Source: Paramecium tetraurelia | Taxonomy: Eukaryota | Assembly (NCBI GenBank): GCA_000165425.1 | Contig: CT868096.1 | Coordinates: 124,001 to 188,000, forward strand | Reading direction: 5' to 3' | Length of the DNA: 64,000 nt | Shown: positions 1-15,657 of the stretch, piece after piece | Position numbering within the stretch: the stretch's first letter is position 1 | How the letters are laid out: each line of letters begins with the position of its first letter | Program-made: the position numbers and the translations under genes | Notes under the pieces: generated by a model | Databases searched by the model: none | The model's input: only the letters and a program-made list of their open reading frames with translations | Told to the model about the DNA's origin: nothing

Positions 1-3000
1 AGAATTTATGCATTGAATATTTGATTTGATTGCACATTGTCTTTAAGGATTGATTATAGAATAATCTCTAAAGTCTATGTCTTCAGTCTCATTTTCATTT
101 TGACACTCTTTAAATTTATTTAAATTAAATTAGAAGTCTAAAATTGAATCCTCTTCAAAATTAAATTATTATTAAAAGCTTTCAAATTATTTTTTTGATT
201 CCATAATATTATCATTTAGATATCTATGTTCTTCTATATTTTTTAAAGACAGAATAAATTTTCTAGCTAAATCTTCTACTGTATTTTACTAACAATAGTA
301 TTATTATTTATTTTCGAATTCAATTGTCAATTTTTTTAAAAAGATTGGAAAGTATTTATTTATAAATGCTGTTCTAATAGCATCATTAATTTTATCCTTT
401 TATTAATAAAGCACTTATAGGATCTATTCAAATTCATTTGCCTTTTCATATGAGTCTATTGTTTTTGTAATATCTTTGCATTTTAAAAAGAATTTTGCTG
501 CCTCTATATATTTTTCTGATTTATAGGCTGCGTCACCTGCTTCTTAAAATAGTTCAAGGCTAGCGTATATTTAGAATGCTTAATCATATTACTCACAAAA
601 GTAAAAACATTATGCAGCTTATCTAAAATTGAGTGTATCTTAAAACAAATATGCAGCTTCTTATAATCTAACTTAATACTGTTACTTTAATTCACTTATC
701 TTTTGATTTTTATCCTTTAACTTAAGATATTGTTATGATTACTATTAAAAAGATAAAATGAGTTAACAACCTTCTGTGGCTAATCTAAAACCCTTGGCTC
801 TTTTACACATAATATCCTCGTCTGAAAATTGAAAACATTTTTCAGCTTATTCATATAATTGTTTCTGAAACATAATTTTGCCTTATTCCTTCCATTAGAA
901 TTTAGATTTAATCTAAAGATTGGGTTATAAATTTTAATGATCAAAGTTTATTTATTCAAATATTTCAACTAATAGCAGACTTTTCCAAATCTGTTCTATC
1001 CATCTCCTTTATTAGGGCTGTTCATCAAAAATATATAAGCACTACCTCGATCTCGTTGTTGCAATATAGAGTTGTTTAAGTTCATTGCACAAGCCACTGT
1101 TATTATAAGAAAACTCATCATAATATTTTATATATGGTATCATTCGTTTGATTAAGATATTCCCATTTTTATCATCATACCCAGTAAAATATGAGGTATA
1201 ATAATCAATTGTTGATTTTCTAGTTAAACTAGTTAAATATGCTTATTTATTCATTTCCTCATCTATAACCTCACATGTTTACAATAATTTCCATTCAAAT
1301 TCCTTAATAATACTATCCGTAAAAAAATTATAAAGAATAACATTCTCAAACTCCAAGCCCTTCACTTCTTCAATAGATAAAACCTAGATATGTTATAAAA
1401 GTTTAGGTATATTCTTTTTTTATTCTTTGTTTTTCACAATAATGACAGATCTAAATCCTAACTCTATAGGCTGTTTTTATATTTCCTCATTAATTAATGT
1501 ACTATCTAGTCCTTCAAATAAATAAAATAATAAATCTAAACTTCCATTCACAATAATAGGCTTTATACCATTAAAATTTGATGATTCCTTTATAAAATCA
1601 TCAATAGTTTTTGGAAAATACATCTGAATTAAGGAAACAATTGAGTTGGCTAACTTCAAGATCTAAGAATTTGATCTAAAATTTTAATTCAAGGTTTTAA
1701 GAAATTATTCTGATTAGTAATATTGATATTCATCCTTCTAATCAATCCTTTTTGATAACTCTTATATCGTTAAAAATCTAAAGCCCACTCCTTTAGATAT
1801 ATTCTAAGCTGTATCACCACTGTATATTGTTCCAAATAGTGCTATTTTTTCAAATAACAATATCATAGCCTCTGGCAAATCCTAAATTTCATCAATAATT
1901 AAATAATGAATCTGCGGCATACATATTTCATCTTATTTAAATTATACTAAGATATGATTAACCACATCTAATAAATCATAATATCCTTTTTCTGCTCTCC
2001 ACTTTTCATATTAAACAAAGGTATCATATAAAATGTTGAACTCTTTATTATCGCTAACCATTCTTAAAAATGTACTCTTAGAAATATAGTGTCCAGGATA
2101 TTCATGAGCATTGGAGCATCCTTTAATATAAGAATAAATGTAAGTCCAAACAAAATGAGGATTTAGTTGAACATTAGAACACTTCTTTAGCCAAAAATTA
2201 TTAAGAAAAAATGCAAAATCTACTTCTTGATGATTGATCAATTTTTCTTTTTGTTCTTCTTTCCAGTAATAATTTTGGGTATTATTCTCTACATCTTTAT
2301 TATCCTTAAATAATTATTATTAAATCAAACCATTCAAATTAATTTCCCCTTCCTAATCTATATCTTACTTAAAATATTAATTCGGAACTTAAAAAGGCAT
2401 ATCTTCATTATTTTTACCTGCAACAAAGTTACACATATTCAAATTTTGTTAAGATTGATTTTAAGGGAAGTATGGTTTATTTAAAAATGAATCAATCATA
2501 AAAATCAACTATTAGATAGTTAAAAATAATGGATAATCTTACTAAACATTTTAATAGCCTTAAGTTAATAAATTTGATCGATAGCTATCTTATGATGCTC
2601 CCTATGCCCACGATAAATTTTGGGAATTTTAATAATTTCTTTTTTATTTATTTTTATTCAACTCTGCTTAAACTTAATTATTCAGTTTTTCATAATATTT
2701 TTTTGCTTAGATTGAGAGGATATTATTATTACTTATGAATAAACAATTAAAATAAAGGTCATCGATTTCTATTGAAGGATTTTTTTTCTTATGCATTTCT
2801 ATTCTAAGTTTAAATATGTGTTTCATAGCTAAAAGTCTAAGGATCAAGCATGTAGTTTTTCCTGTTCCACTCCTGCCACCAAAGATAATTTTGCCTTCCA
2901 TTCCAATAATTTACTTTTATTCATCAGTCAATTTTATGCTGAAATTAGGAATTTTTTATAAAAATTCTACTAATTTTGATGAAATTGTAAAATCTGCAAA

Positions 3001-4033
3001 TTTTTAGACTAAATCCTTTTTGAATAGCTTTTCTTATTGAATCTATGACTCATTTTATTAAATGTACTCATCAACTTTGCTTATCCACTTTTAAGATGAT
3101 GTATCAAATTAATACTTCGCTTACTCCTATTTATTTAAAAATATTGATATAAATTTATGACCTAACCATTTTATGATATCATTTTTCATTAAATTATAAT
3201 TTAATTCCCAATATTAATTATTATTATTGGTTGACCTCATAAACAGATAACATTTATTTATTTCATTTTCAAATTCTTCTTATTTTAACTTTGAATAATC
3301 AATGCCTTTTCTATAATAAGAACCTTTTGTGTCATTATGATAATTTGAAATGATTAATTTAACATCTTTATCAAGAATATTCTCTTATTTTATGTCAACA
3401 AATGTAATAGTATGATAGAAATTAAAACCAACAATTTATTTGATATTCAACTTATTTTGAAAAACTAATTTTGGAACTTTATCAATAGCCACTTCCCAAA
3501 ACAATGTAAATCCTTCCTCTGTTTTGGTTTAAAAGTAGGCTTAGAAATTTGATAAAGGTTCTATATCAATAACTGTTGAAATCATCACTTGGTCAATCAT
3601 TGAAAAATACCCTTAAAGAATTGTTTTTAAATAAGCCAAGACTTTCATATAATGTTAACTTAGTCTGCAAAAATTTTAGGCAAATTTATCTAATGTATTA
3701 ATTTTACATACTTGTAATTTTATAATGCCAAGGGACTCCATCAAAAAAGTTAGCAGCTTTCAAAATCTGATTGACATTTAAAAAATTAGATTTTAATTCT
3801 TATTAAACAAAATTGGACAATTCATGTTATCCTGATAGTATGTATTTAGATCTCTCCTCAGCATTCAATTCAAACCATAATTTAACAAGTTCATTAGGAG
3901 AAGTGCTTTATAGGATTTAACTATTTTATTATAAAAGTTAATTAAGCTCAGCTTGAATAATTTTTTAATTGGCTTTGACAATTTATGCGATTGAATTTAT
4001 TTCCCTATACTAATTAATTTACACTTTTTTCAT
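1..4033 (-). CDS. TRANK1-like superfamily-1 (UvrD-type) helicase with C-terminal TPR-like helical repeats; 3' end runs off the window
   Basis: Code-6 translation shows Walker A GGRSGTGKTT (~2860-2885), IIDEIQD, GDTAQNI, LNQNFRS, EVKGLEFENVILYNFF and ELKQLYIATTRSR, then TPR-like AEKCF/AAYLF/AAQCF repeats. 22-nt intron at 3690-3711. Start ATG at 4033 is probable, not certain. Confidence 0.85.
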
Positions 4034-4279
4034 TTAAACTTATTTCAAAATCCTTTATTAGACTTAATTTTGTTTTATTTAATAATTGATTATACGATTG
4101 CATCTTTTTATTTGCGTGTATATTTGTTTATAAAATTTCAAAATAATTATGTTAAAGAGTAATCATATATATGGATTTCATTGTTTTATTGCAACACCTA
4201 TATAAAATCTAAATTATTGATAAACTTCTAATCAACTCTTAGAATTATTGATTTTAGTTATTATTAAATTTTACACGTA

Positions 4280-4920
4280 ATGCTTTTTATAATTGCATTT
4301 CTACTTTAAGGCGTTTTTAGTGTACAATTTACGTTCTCTCTTAAATAAAAAGAATTGAAATGCTTTGGAGAAAATATTGGATAAAATAGTTTAGTAGTGG
4401 GAGCTATTTAAGGGAATTCAAGTGAGTATTCATTAAAAATTCATGTAATCTTGACAATAATGTTAGATGCCTACTAAGAAGGTTGATAATATACTCTAAT
4501 ATACTCATAGTTAAGAATTGCATAAGTTTTCATTTACAACGAATAATACATAATTGAATTATTAGTTTTGCATTCATAATTTAGCAAACGATTGGACAAG
4601 CTATAATTTCACATTGGTTACAGGAATGGATGCTTAGGACTTCTCCTTGTTAGCTTAGAAAGAAGATTTAAAACCTTTAGAAATTCACTTGAAGAAATTA
4701 AATGGTTTAGTAAATGCAGTTGAAGTACAGCAAATGTATTTAGATTTAGCTTGATCAAAAAGAGATAGAAGAGAGATAATCGAATAGGTTCTAAAATGTT
4801 TCTAAAATATCATATAAAATAATCTTATTCAGCGTAATAACCTTACTATTGATGATGTTAACAAATTTTGTCTAAGCTAGAAAATTGAAACAATTTTTCA
4901 GAACCAAAAAACTCATTTGA
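4280..4920 (+). CDS. p24/emp24/gp25L GOLD-domain cargo receptor
   Basis: Signal peptide MLFIIAFLLQGVFS, then VQFTFSLKQKELKCFGENI (GOLD start), a coiled coil, a TM segment and the C-terminus KLKQFFRTKKLI-TGA typical of p24 proteins; tiny introns. Confidence 0.9.
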
Positions 4921-5011
4921 TATTGATTTATCTATAAAATTTATAGTTGCTATAAATAAGAATTCTATTTAGGATTTCCAGAAGTTGGAATTTAAATTAT
5001 AGATAATAAAA

Positions 5012-7212
5012 TCAAACTTTACCAGATGATTTACGAATCTGTTCGATTTTTTCATCAAATTCTGGAATGTCTTCCAAATGACCATTTGAAGATCCACTAT
5101 TACGTGATCTGCAAGATAAAGTCTTTTTCTTAGTTTTTTGGATAACAAAATTATATTTAGTCAGGATTAACTAAATTTCTTAGCATTGATCATCAATAAA
5201 TTGAATCAATAGATATTTCAAATATTTGCGTTCCTTGGAGAAACCTACCTTTTATATGAATTTATCAATAATAATAATAGCTGATAACCTTACACATTAA
5301 ACAGGATCTCTACATAATTCAAAGAGTCTTTCAAAAAATAGATCCTCAAAATCTGGTCTGTAAAACAATTTATAACACATCCAACAATATGATTGTCTCT
5401 AATTGAATCTCTTAGAATGTGAAAAAGCCCTAATCTATTCAAGAATGACAGTTCTTTATTCTCCTTCTTCCTCAAAGGTCTCAACTAAATGTACAACATT
5501 TTTAGAAGCCTTCCTTCTAACTTTTGCAACTGTATCTGAGCAAAACTTGAATAGAATTGGAGCAATGTGAAAGAATATTGTATCGTTATTGAAGCATCTT
5601 GTGATTGGGAAAATAGAAGTACAAATAATCTGACGAGTTCGCCATTTATGTTAGTCTTTCTAAAAATTTAGTAAGAGATCAATGACATAATCTCTTTCTT
5701 CAATAGGGAAGATAGATATAAACTTTGACAGATTTAATACAATGCCATTTCTGACTTCTTGCAATTTATCTTATGCTAATGTTTCTAGTACAGTGATCAA
5801 ATGTTCTTTGGATAAATCGGGGACCCAACAATTTAGCCACTTCATGAAAACTATGAGCTAGGGAAATTTTGACTTTCTAGACTAGAGATATAATATACAT
5901 CTGAGGGATATTTTAGAAGGAATCCATATAGAGGCTGAATCATAAGCCAACGATTTCGACCAATTGCTTGTAGAACTCCTGGAAAATAGAAGGCACATTT
6001 ATAAACGAGCTAAGTTAAGATACAAATGATCTTACATCAACACCCATCATATTGATATTTTTATCCAATTAATTCTAGTAGTAGGCCAATAGGGTTTCGA
6101 GTTATTGCTAATCCTTTTCAGTGAATTTGATTGTACTGATGAACTCACCTAAATATTCATATGCAGTTTTTCTGACATCTTTATTTTGATCGCAAAAAAA
6201 TTCCAAATATTTTGGTATTAATTTGGAGGTCTTTAAATCATGTCTAGCATATTTGCAGATACCTGAGATGGACCTGATGCAAGCATTTTTAATCTGCAAA
6301 AGTCTGTCTTCGCAAGATCTAAGGAATATTTAGAGATATGATATTACTAAAGGTAGAATGGTACTATTTTGAGTTCTATACATTTTTGAGAGAGACTAAC
6401 TGATAAATTTGGTAATTGTTCTATAGCCTTTTCTCTTACGAATTCATTTAAATCTATACCAAGAGATAAGAGTTCTCCGCATATATAAGACTCACAATAT
6501 TTCATAGAGAAGAGAGAGGCACACTTACCAAATGTCTCAGCTGCCAACATACGATTTTGGTTACTTTTCTCATCGTGAGCCATTTCGATCAGATGTGCTA
6601 AAATTATATCCACTTTGTCTGATTCAATCAAAAAGGGTGCTATTTTAAGCAATTGAGTTAAGACTTCCTTTTTGATCTAATAATTATGGGATCATTTTAC
6701 ATCCTAGTCCTGATGCTCGAGAAATATATTCATAAATGGCAGAACATGATCTTTCAATTCCGCATACCCGGATTGTCGCTTCTTTATTTGTTCTACTAGA
6801 ATTGGCAACTACCTAATAATAGATAGTTAGATTGAATAGGAATCATGAACCTAGCAATTAGGTAGATAATATATTGTACGAATTGCTTTAAAATAAATCC
6901 TAGATTTCTATAAGCATCATCTCCAATCAATTCAAATACTTCAGCCAAGTGCTCTGCATACGCTAATCTACAATCAACTCTATAAGTTACCGCTCTTTGT
7001 TGATTAGTTCCTAGAAACATTTCAATTTGAGCAATGCTGTTTATGGATCCTCAGCCAAGAAAACCTCCTGCTCCAATGGTTTTAATGTTATATTTATCAT
7101 CGACTCTTCTTTCAATATCGATTTCATAATGTCCTATTTCTACTCTTGTATTTAAACACCAATTATTACAATTAGACATTTTAACAGGAGAAACTTCATT
7201 ACTATTTATCAT
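5012..7212 (-). CDS. HEAT-repeat phosphatase regulatory subunit (PP4R1/PP2A-A-like)
   Basis: HEAT motifs DLNEFVREKAIEQL, DQNKDVRKTAYEYLGEFI, SFHEVAK, NWRTRQII, DTVAKVR; several ~25-nt introns; ends KSSGKV-TGA. Confidence 0.75.
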
Positions 7213-7400
7213 AACAATTAAATTAATAAATGTGATTTATACATTATTTAGGTCTCATATCGCAAGAATTATTATTACATATATTCTCAAATTATTTGGT
7301 TACCACTCATTTAATTTTAGAGAATGCAAAGACTTTTATGGAATTTAAAATTCTTTTCTAATATAATTTTGGATATTTATTTATTAATATGATTGATTGT

Positions 7401-9225
<1,825 letters not shown>

Positions 9226-9232
9226 TAATTTT

Positions 9233-11082
9233 ATGTTTATACTTCAATTAATCGGGGCCTTAATTGTGCTCATCATTGAAACCTTTAATCGATTGGAATT
9301 AAAATAATCTCTCATCTACTTCTACTATCGTTATGGCACCAGTCTTAGAGAACCTACTAATGATCAAATACAGATTGAAAATTAGCACAGTCTAATCTAC
9401 CAAATCAAAGCCCATTTGTAACAAACTCGCCAATTCGATAAAGAATGCAATTATCTTAATTACTTACAAGATGAAGCAACCCTTTTTTAGTATCAAATAG
9501 ACTGTGCAATAGACACTCATCTCCACAATAATCAGATTTACATTATTGACTACAACAATTGTACTAGTACATTACTTAAACAGTTTTGAGTGTATATTAA
9601 ATCGATGCCGAAGAAATCTTCGATACAGAGTTTTATGGATTCAATAAATGGATATCAATAAAACTCATATTCCAAACCATCTATTTAGGAGAGTATTACA
9701 AATCCTAAGTAATGGATCAAATCCTCTATATGACTACCATACACTCATTGAATATGATCCATTACGTCTATAAAGATGGATCTATAAACAAATTTGAATC
9801 TATTTAATAAGACCGAATTATTAACTTTTATTCATCCAACAAGTAGTTACTCATTATCAGTAATACCTATGACATTCAGTACATTTCAGTGATGAAGTAA
9901 TTGATTATCTAATTGTAGCTATATTAAACAACAAGACGTTCCGTTTTTTACGACCTTTCATCTCTTTCATAAGGGACAGTATGTTGTTAACATCCCATTT
10001 GAAAGTTCATAGAATAAATCCAGAGATATTATCAATTTAATCATTATTATTTTAGATGAATTTCAATAACAAATCAAAATATCCATCATCCATTACTAAA
10101 TGTCAGTCTTCTCAGGATTTGGTTCATCGAGCACAATCTATCAAGATGAAATAACAAACATTGTAATATATTTCAAACCTATTTTAGTATGATTCCTCAT
10201 TCAAATCTAACTGGAAAGAGTTCATTAAATATGACACTATTGAAGATCACTTGTATATTATTTATGGTACTCAACATTACTTTATCCGTCCTTACCAATT
10301 CTCATACGAGAGATACGAAGTTATTAAATTGAACTGTTTGACAAAGGATATGGGCGTCAAAAACAGAATTGTCAAACTTAAACTACAAGGTTATAATCTA
10401 CTAGTTCAAGCATATAATTATTTAAGCGATTCAAATTAATTCTATTATCTTAATCTATCCATTGTGTAAAACAATCGAGAGCAATAATAATCAATTTGTA
10501 TTTTATTACCTCAAATTTTAGAGTTTTTAAAAGTAGAAGACATTAGATAATGTATCCACAAAAATGCCATACTTGATTTTAATATACTGAATCAAAAATT
10601 CCATTCAGAAATTATTTTCCTTCTCCAATCAGGGGATATTGTTATTGGGCAATTACATTATCCAATATATTAGTAGATTATTGAATGGATCACTGGATCA
10701 GAGTCTGAATTTGATGATATCAGTAGCATTCGTACATCCAAAATGTGGATATTTATTACAATAGGTTTGATAATTGTGAAACTTGGCCATCATTTGTATA
10801 ATTTTATTTGACATCAATATATTTATTATTATATCATAGATTATTTATGCTCAATTCTAATTTACATCAGATATTCTTATACTAATAACTTAATATTATT
10901 AAATAATATATCGTACAAAATAACTTTATCTAGGGATTACTATTGCCATTGGATTATTAGTTTTTATCTTTATTTTTGTCTTTTCTAGGTGGTATGAAAG
11001 ATTGAGCAACTTTTATTCAAATTAAATTATACATTTCACAGCCTAACTGAATTGCTATTATAATTGCAGTAAATATGAATGA
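9233..11082 (+). CDS. Hypothetical type-I membrane protein (hydrophobic N-terminus, long ectodomain, C-terminal TM)
   Basis: Open code-6 frame from MFILQLIGALIVLII, first intron gtactag...aaacag (~9560), C-terminal hydrophobic GITIAIGLLVFIFIFVF. No recognised domain; end approximate. Confidence 0.65.
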
Positions 11083-11515
11083 AATATTTTAATTTAACCA
11101 CTCCAAATTGCTTTTTCTAACTAATTTATGGATTTTTTATGAATTGATAAATAACTTAATTTCCAATTCCTAATTGTGTTGTCCTTTGACAATACATGCA
11201 AAATATCACATTTTTTTGAACTAAATAGAATCTAAAAAAGTCTGTGCTAAAATATTGAAGAACTCATAAATTAGTTATCACAACTTTCCATCTTTTATAT
11301 TATTATATAAAGAAACAGTTTTTGCTATTTGATAATTTTATATTAAATATGACAACATGTTTTCTAAAATAAATTTGTTCAAATAAGATAATACAAAATA
11401 ACAATTTAGGCTTCTTGATTCTTTGTATTATTTAGAAATAAATATTATAAATAAAGAGTATCTTAATATCTGAATAAACTTAAAATTATTATTGTTTTAT
11501 CTTATTATTATTAGT

Positions 11516-13258
11516 ATGGACATTTTTTATTTGCAAATGTAGAAATAACCTATTTAATGGAATATTTAATCTAAAAGCACCTGTTCATCAAAAGAGGAAA
11601 ATAGTAAAGAATTTGATTGGAATGATATTGAATTTCTATATTAACAGTGCTAATAATAGGATCAGGCATCCAACGTTACTAATATTATTAGAAGTAGTCA
11701 GGAATCAGAGTTTAATCTAAAAATTGATAGGCTAGTTAGAACAAATAATCAAAGTAGCCTTAGTGAAGTGAATGACAATGAGGCAACTCTGGAAATAAAT
11801 GAAGATCAAAAGGAAAACTCTAATGAATTACCTTAAAAGCCCGTCATAAAGAGAAGGAATACATCCTATAGAGGACACACAAAATCATTCTCTTAAGTAA
11901 TTTATGAACAAGAAAAGTTTAAAAGGTATCGTAACAACAAAAGGAGCGCAAGAACGCTTTCTATGGTTTCTTTAAAGCGATCATTAATGACTCCTCTATT
12001 TAAGATCAGCTAACAGAAAAATCTAAAAGAAATTTCTATCAATTATCTAAACTCGGAATACTCAAAGAAACTAATTGTAGATAAAAATATTTTAGCATGT
12101 GAATTAATAGTTTTTGCCATATAAGAATACAAGAAAACCTCAGGCTTTGATTAAAGCTTGTTAAAATACTCAAACTTCACATTAGCATACTAATTGACAA
12201 GTATAGAGGAATATTGTGATTTCTCTGCCTCTCCCTCTTTTAAAGATAGCATTATTGATAATTATCGAGCTAGATAAGATTCAATCCAATAATTTTAATA
12301 TATATTTGATGACATTGAAATGAATCCTAACAAAGGATTCTTTAATTTGGAATTGAATTAGAAAGTGGATTTCAAAAATGTCACTCTTAGTATTGCAGAC
12401 ACATCAAATTTTGGTATAGACTTATTTACAGTGGAAAAAACTCATATGACTTATCCAAGCTAAATAATTTTATTGTTAGAAGATGCAGAAAATGAAATAT
12501 TTTATAATTTAAAATTTGAATAAAATGCAACCATTTAAGAAATTTATAATGAATTGAAAAAGAAAGGCAACTTTAAATATAACCAAAATGAATGTTTTTT
12601 CTTACTAAAATTTCCTTGTATCAATATGAATAATTCAGAAGCTTTAGACATTAAATTCCCAATATCCTTGCTACCAATTCATTGGTTAATTATTCAATTC
12701 AAAATTCCTTCTAAAAAAAATAATGATCAAATTAGAATCTCAGGATTTGGAGTGAAATCTTTAAAATCAATATCACCATCAATGATTCAAAAGGAAGAAT
12801 TCATTGATCAAAAAAATCTCTAGATGTTTAACTATGAAGAATACAAAGTTATAAAGATAGACAGTAACGGATAGTAGAATGAAGTTATTATTGGGATCGA
12901 CTATTTTGATTTATATTACTACTACACTACAGAAAAGCAACAAAAATATTCTTTCTCTAAGATTGCTAAATTGGTGGTTCAATTTTTATTGGAAAATCAT
13001 TAATCTGGGTAAACTAAAGATTATAAAAGAATACAAATATCATCCATTATTTGGGTTAGACTAAAAAATTCTTAATAACTTATGATTAAATACGCTAAGA
13101 ATGAGGATTCAATCAAAAAAATACAATTCATGCTTCCAACAAATAACAATGAAAATGATAAAATGAAATTATAGGAATAGCAAATATAATTTAAGAGTAT
13201 CGTCGAGAAATTGTAATTTATAATTTAAGAAAGAAGGAAAAATAATCACTCTTAATGA
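11516..13258 (+). CDS. SIN1/Avo1-like protein (CRIM-like middle region and C-terminal SIN1-type PH domain)
   Basis: Long code-6 ORF; YEEYKVIKIDSNGQQNEVIIGIDYFDLYY resembles the SIN1 PH start, and KLIVDKNILACELIVFAIQEY resembles CRIM. Family call is by eye. Confidence 0.55.
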
Positions 13259-13330
13259 TAAAATGAATAAATTTTCATATTCTCATAATTTTCAAAGTCA
13301 TTACATATAATTAATATTATTTATATTGAA

Positions 13331-14298
13331 ATGGAAGAATAAGATAGCAGATCATATCTAGCTAGTAAAGTGCACCCGCTTTTCGAGAAAATATTAATTG
13401 AATTGCTAATCGCAAAACCTGAAGATCCTGTAATATGGCTAGAATGATAATAAGGTTGAATTTATGACTTAATGGCTGGCAACAACAGGATAACAATACA
13501 GGCCTTAGGAAAAACAAAATGTACCATTCTCAGTAACCCTGCCTGTTCAAACTCATAATTAAATGCAAAATGGAACTCCAAGAAGAAGCTAAGTTTAATC
13601 TTTGCAAAATCCTCTATTGAACAGATAGTAGTCAAATTAGCCAGGCTCAAATCATCACATTCCTCATCTATAATCTAATTAATAATTGTCCCATTAACAT
13701 TCTAGTTAGCCAATTAATAGCCAACATGAGATCAATAGTCAATAATTGTTACATTAAAATAATTCAAAATAAGGATTAGAATAAAGTGATTTATAACAAA
13801 AAAGCTTTGAGGGTAGTTAGCATGAAGCGGAACATCATTTTGATCAAGAACCTAAATTTGGTTCTGGTGATCAGTTAAGTCCTTCTCCAATTGTTGCTGA
13901 TCCAAAGAAATAAGCACATCCATTTTAAAAATAATAATCTGTTTTAACATAAAAATTTTAACCCTAAAGCAATAATAATAAATCATTTAAGAAATCCTCT
14001 ACTTAAGCCAATCCAATGTATTTGCAGCCGGTTACAATGAAATAAGTATAGCCATAACCATAGATTATGTTTAATAATACTCCAAGAGAATAATCAATAT
14101 AATAAATGAAATCATCTTAAGTTAACTCTGTCCAATAAAGTTAATAAGGATAGATGCATTCAAGAGATGAGTAGGATATTCAAGATCATTAATTAATAAA
14201 AAGGAGTTCTTTAACAGAGAGTAAAGAATAATTAATAAAATAATAATAATAATCATAATAACAATAATAACAATAATAATAATAATAGCAACAACAAC

Positions 14299-14334
<36 letters not shown>

Positions 14335-15300
14335 ATTTATCTTAAATACATTAAGCATAATAATAAGATTAAAATCATTAATCCTAATTTAATTCTTAGA
14401 AAAATCACAAAGTGATACCAAAAAATAAAGATTAAAAGTCTAGAGTTTAAAAAAAGATAAATACTTGCTATTTGTTTAAACATTTAAATGATCAATAAAA
14501 AGAAATTGTTGCTAATGCTATGGAAGAAAAGAAATATAAGTATGTATAAATCATAAACCTTTTTAGAGCAACTGAGACTATAATAAAGCAAGGAGATGAT
14601 GGGGATTAGTTATTTTTAGTTGATCAGGGTCTTTTAGATTGCTAAAAGCGAGGTAAATAAATTGAAGACAAAATTATTAAATCTTATCAACCTGGAGATT
14701 TTTTTGGTGAAATGGCCTTACTATACAATGAAAAAAGAGCTGCCACAATAATAGCCTTTACGGAGTGTGTATTGTGGGCATTAGACAAGGAAACATTTGA
14801 TACTTTTATCAAATAACCTGTTTTAGAAAAACGTTAGAAGTAATTATTGATTTATTTATGGTAATTAGATATGATGGTATTTTGCAAAGATTTCCCATTT
14901 TATAATAAATTGACCCATACCTTAGACAATAAATTGCAGATGCTTTATATGTGGTCAGTTTCAAAGCAGATGAAGTAGTGTTTAAGTAGAAGGATAAAGG
15001 AGATTATTTTTATTTAATACAAGAGGGTTAGTTGAAAGCATTAAAAAAAGGAGATGAAGATGAGGATGAAGAATAATGCGTATTTGAATTTGGAGAATTT
15101 GATTATTTTGGGGAATTGGCTATGTTAAAAGAGATAAACAGATAGGCTACTATAGTTTGTGAAACTGATTGCATCCTCTTAGGATTGGATAAATAGTCAT
15201 TTACTAAATTATTAGCACCTATCCATGTAATAATAAAAGTTAATTTTAGGATGTTATAAAACAAGGAACAGGAAGATATCTAAACTTTAGTTTCAATTGA
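13331..15300 (+). CDS. cAMP-dependent protein kinase regulatory subunit-like protein (D/D domain, Gln-rich linker, two cNMP-binding domains)
   Basis: YLASKVHPLFEKILIELLIAKPEDPVEFM (dimerisation/docking); FFGEMALLYNEKRAATI and YFGELAMLKEINRQATI phosphate-binding cassettes; tiny introns. Confidence 0.88.
14241..14333 (+). repeat. (TAA/CAA)n microsatellite encoding poly-Gln (~Q4-S-Q26)
   Basis: taataataa...caacaacaa run in frame with the PKA-R-like ORF under code 6. Confidence 0.9.
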
Positions 15301-15657
15301 AAGATATCAAAAACAAATTAATTTCATTAGATAATTCATTTTTAATGTCCAAAAATTCTTATTTTCCTTAAACTAATTTTCTTTTATCGATTGTTTCAAC
15401 ATATTTATTTCTTTGTTATGACAGTACATCTCTTTGTATTTCAACTAAAAGTACATATTATCAACTCATTTAAATTAATTCTTCTTAATTTTCTACTCTA
15501 ACCTAGCTAATAAAATATAGTTGCACACCTAATATGATTACAAATAATGTTGATCATAATTAAAACTATCAAAATTACATAGATTGATCGCTAATCTTTC
15601 AATATTGGATATTATAGATATAATTTTGTAAAAAATTGATGAGGTCATAATAATAAA

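Noticed and set aside
14122..14358. Poly-Ile hydrophobic ORF on the minus strand
   Set aside because: Reverse complement of the (TAA)n poly-Gln tract of the PKA-R-like gene.
15296..15650. Possible small minus-strand gene between the PKA-R-like and PX-WD40 genes
   Set aside because: Coding-like fragments exist, but I could not build a consistent ATG-intron-TGA model.
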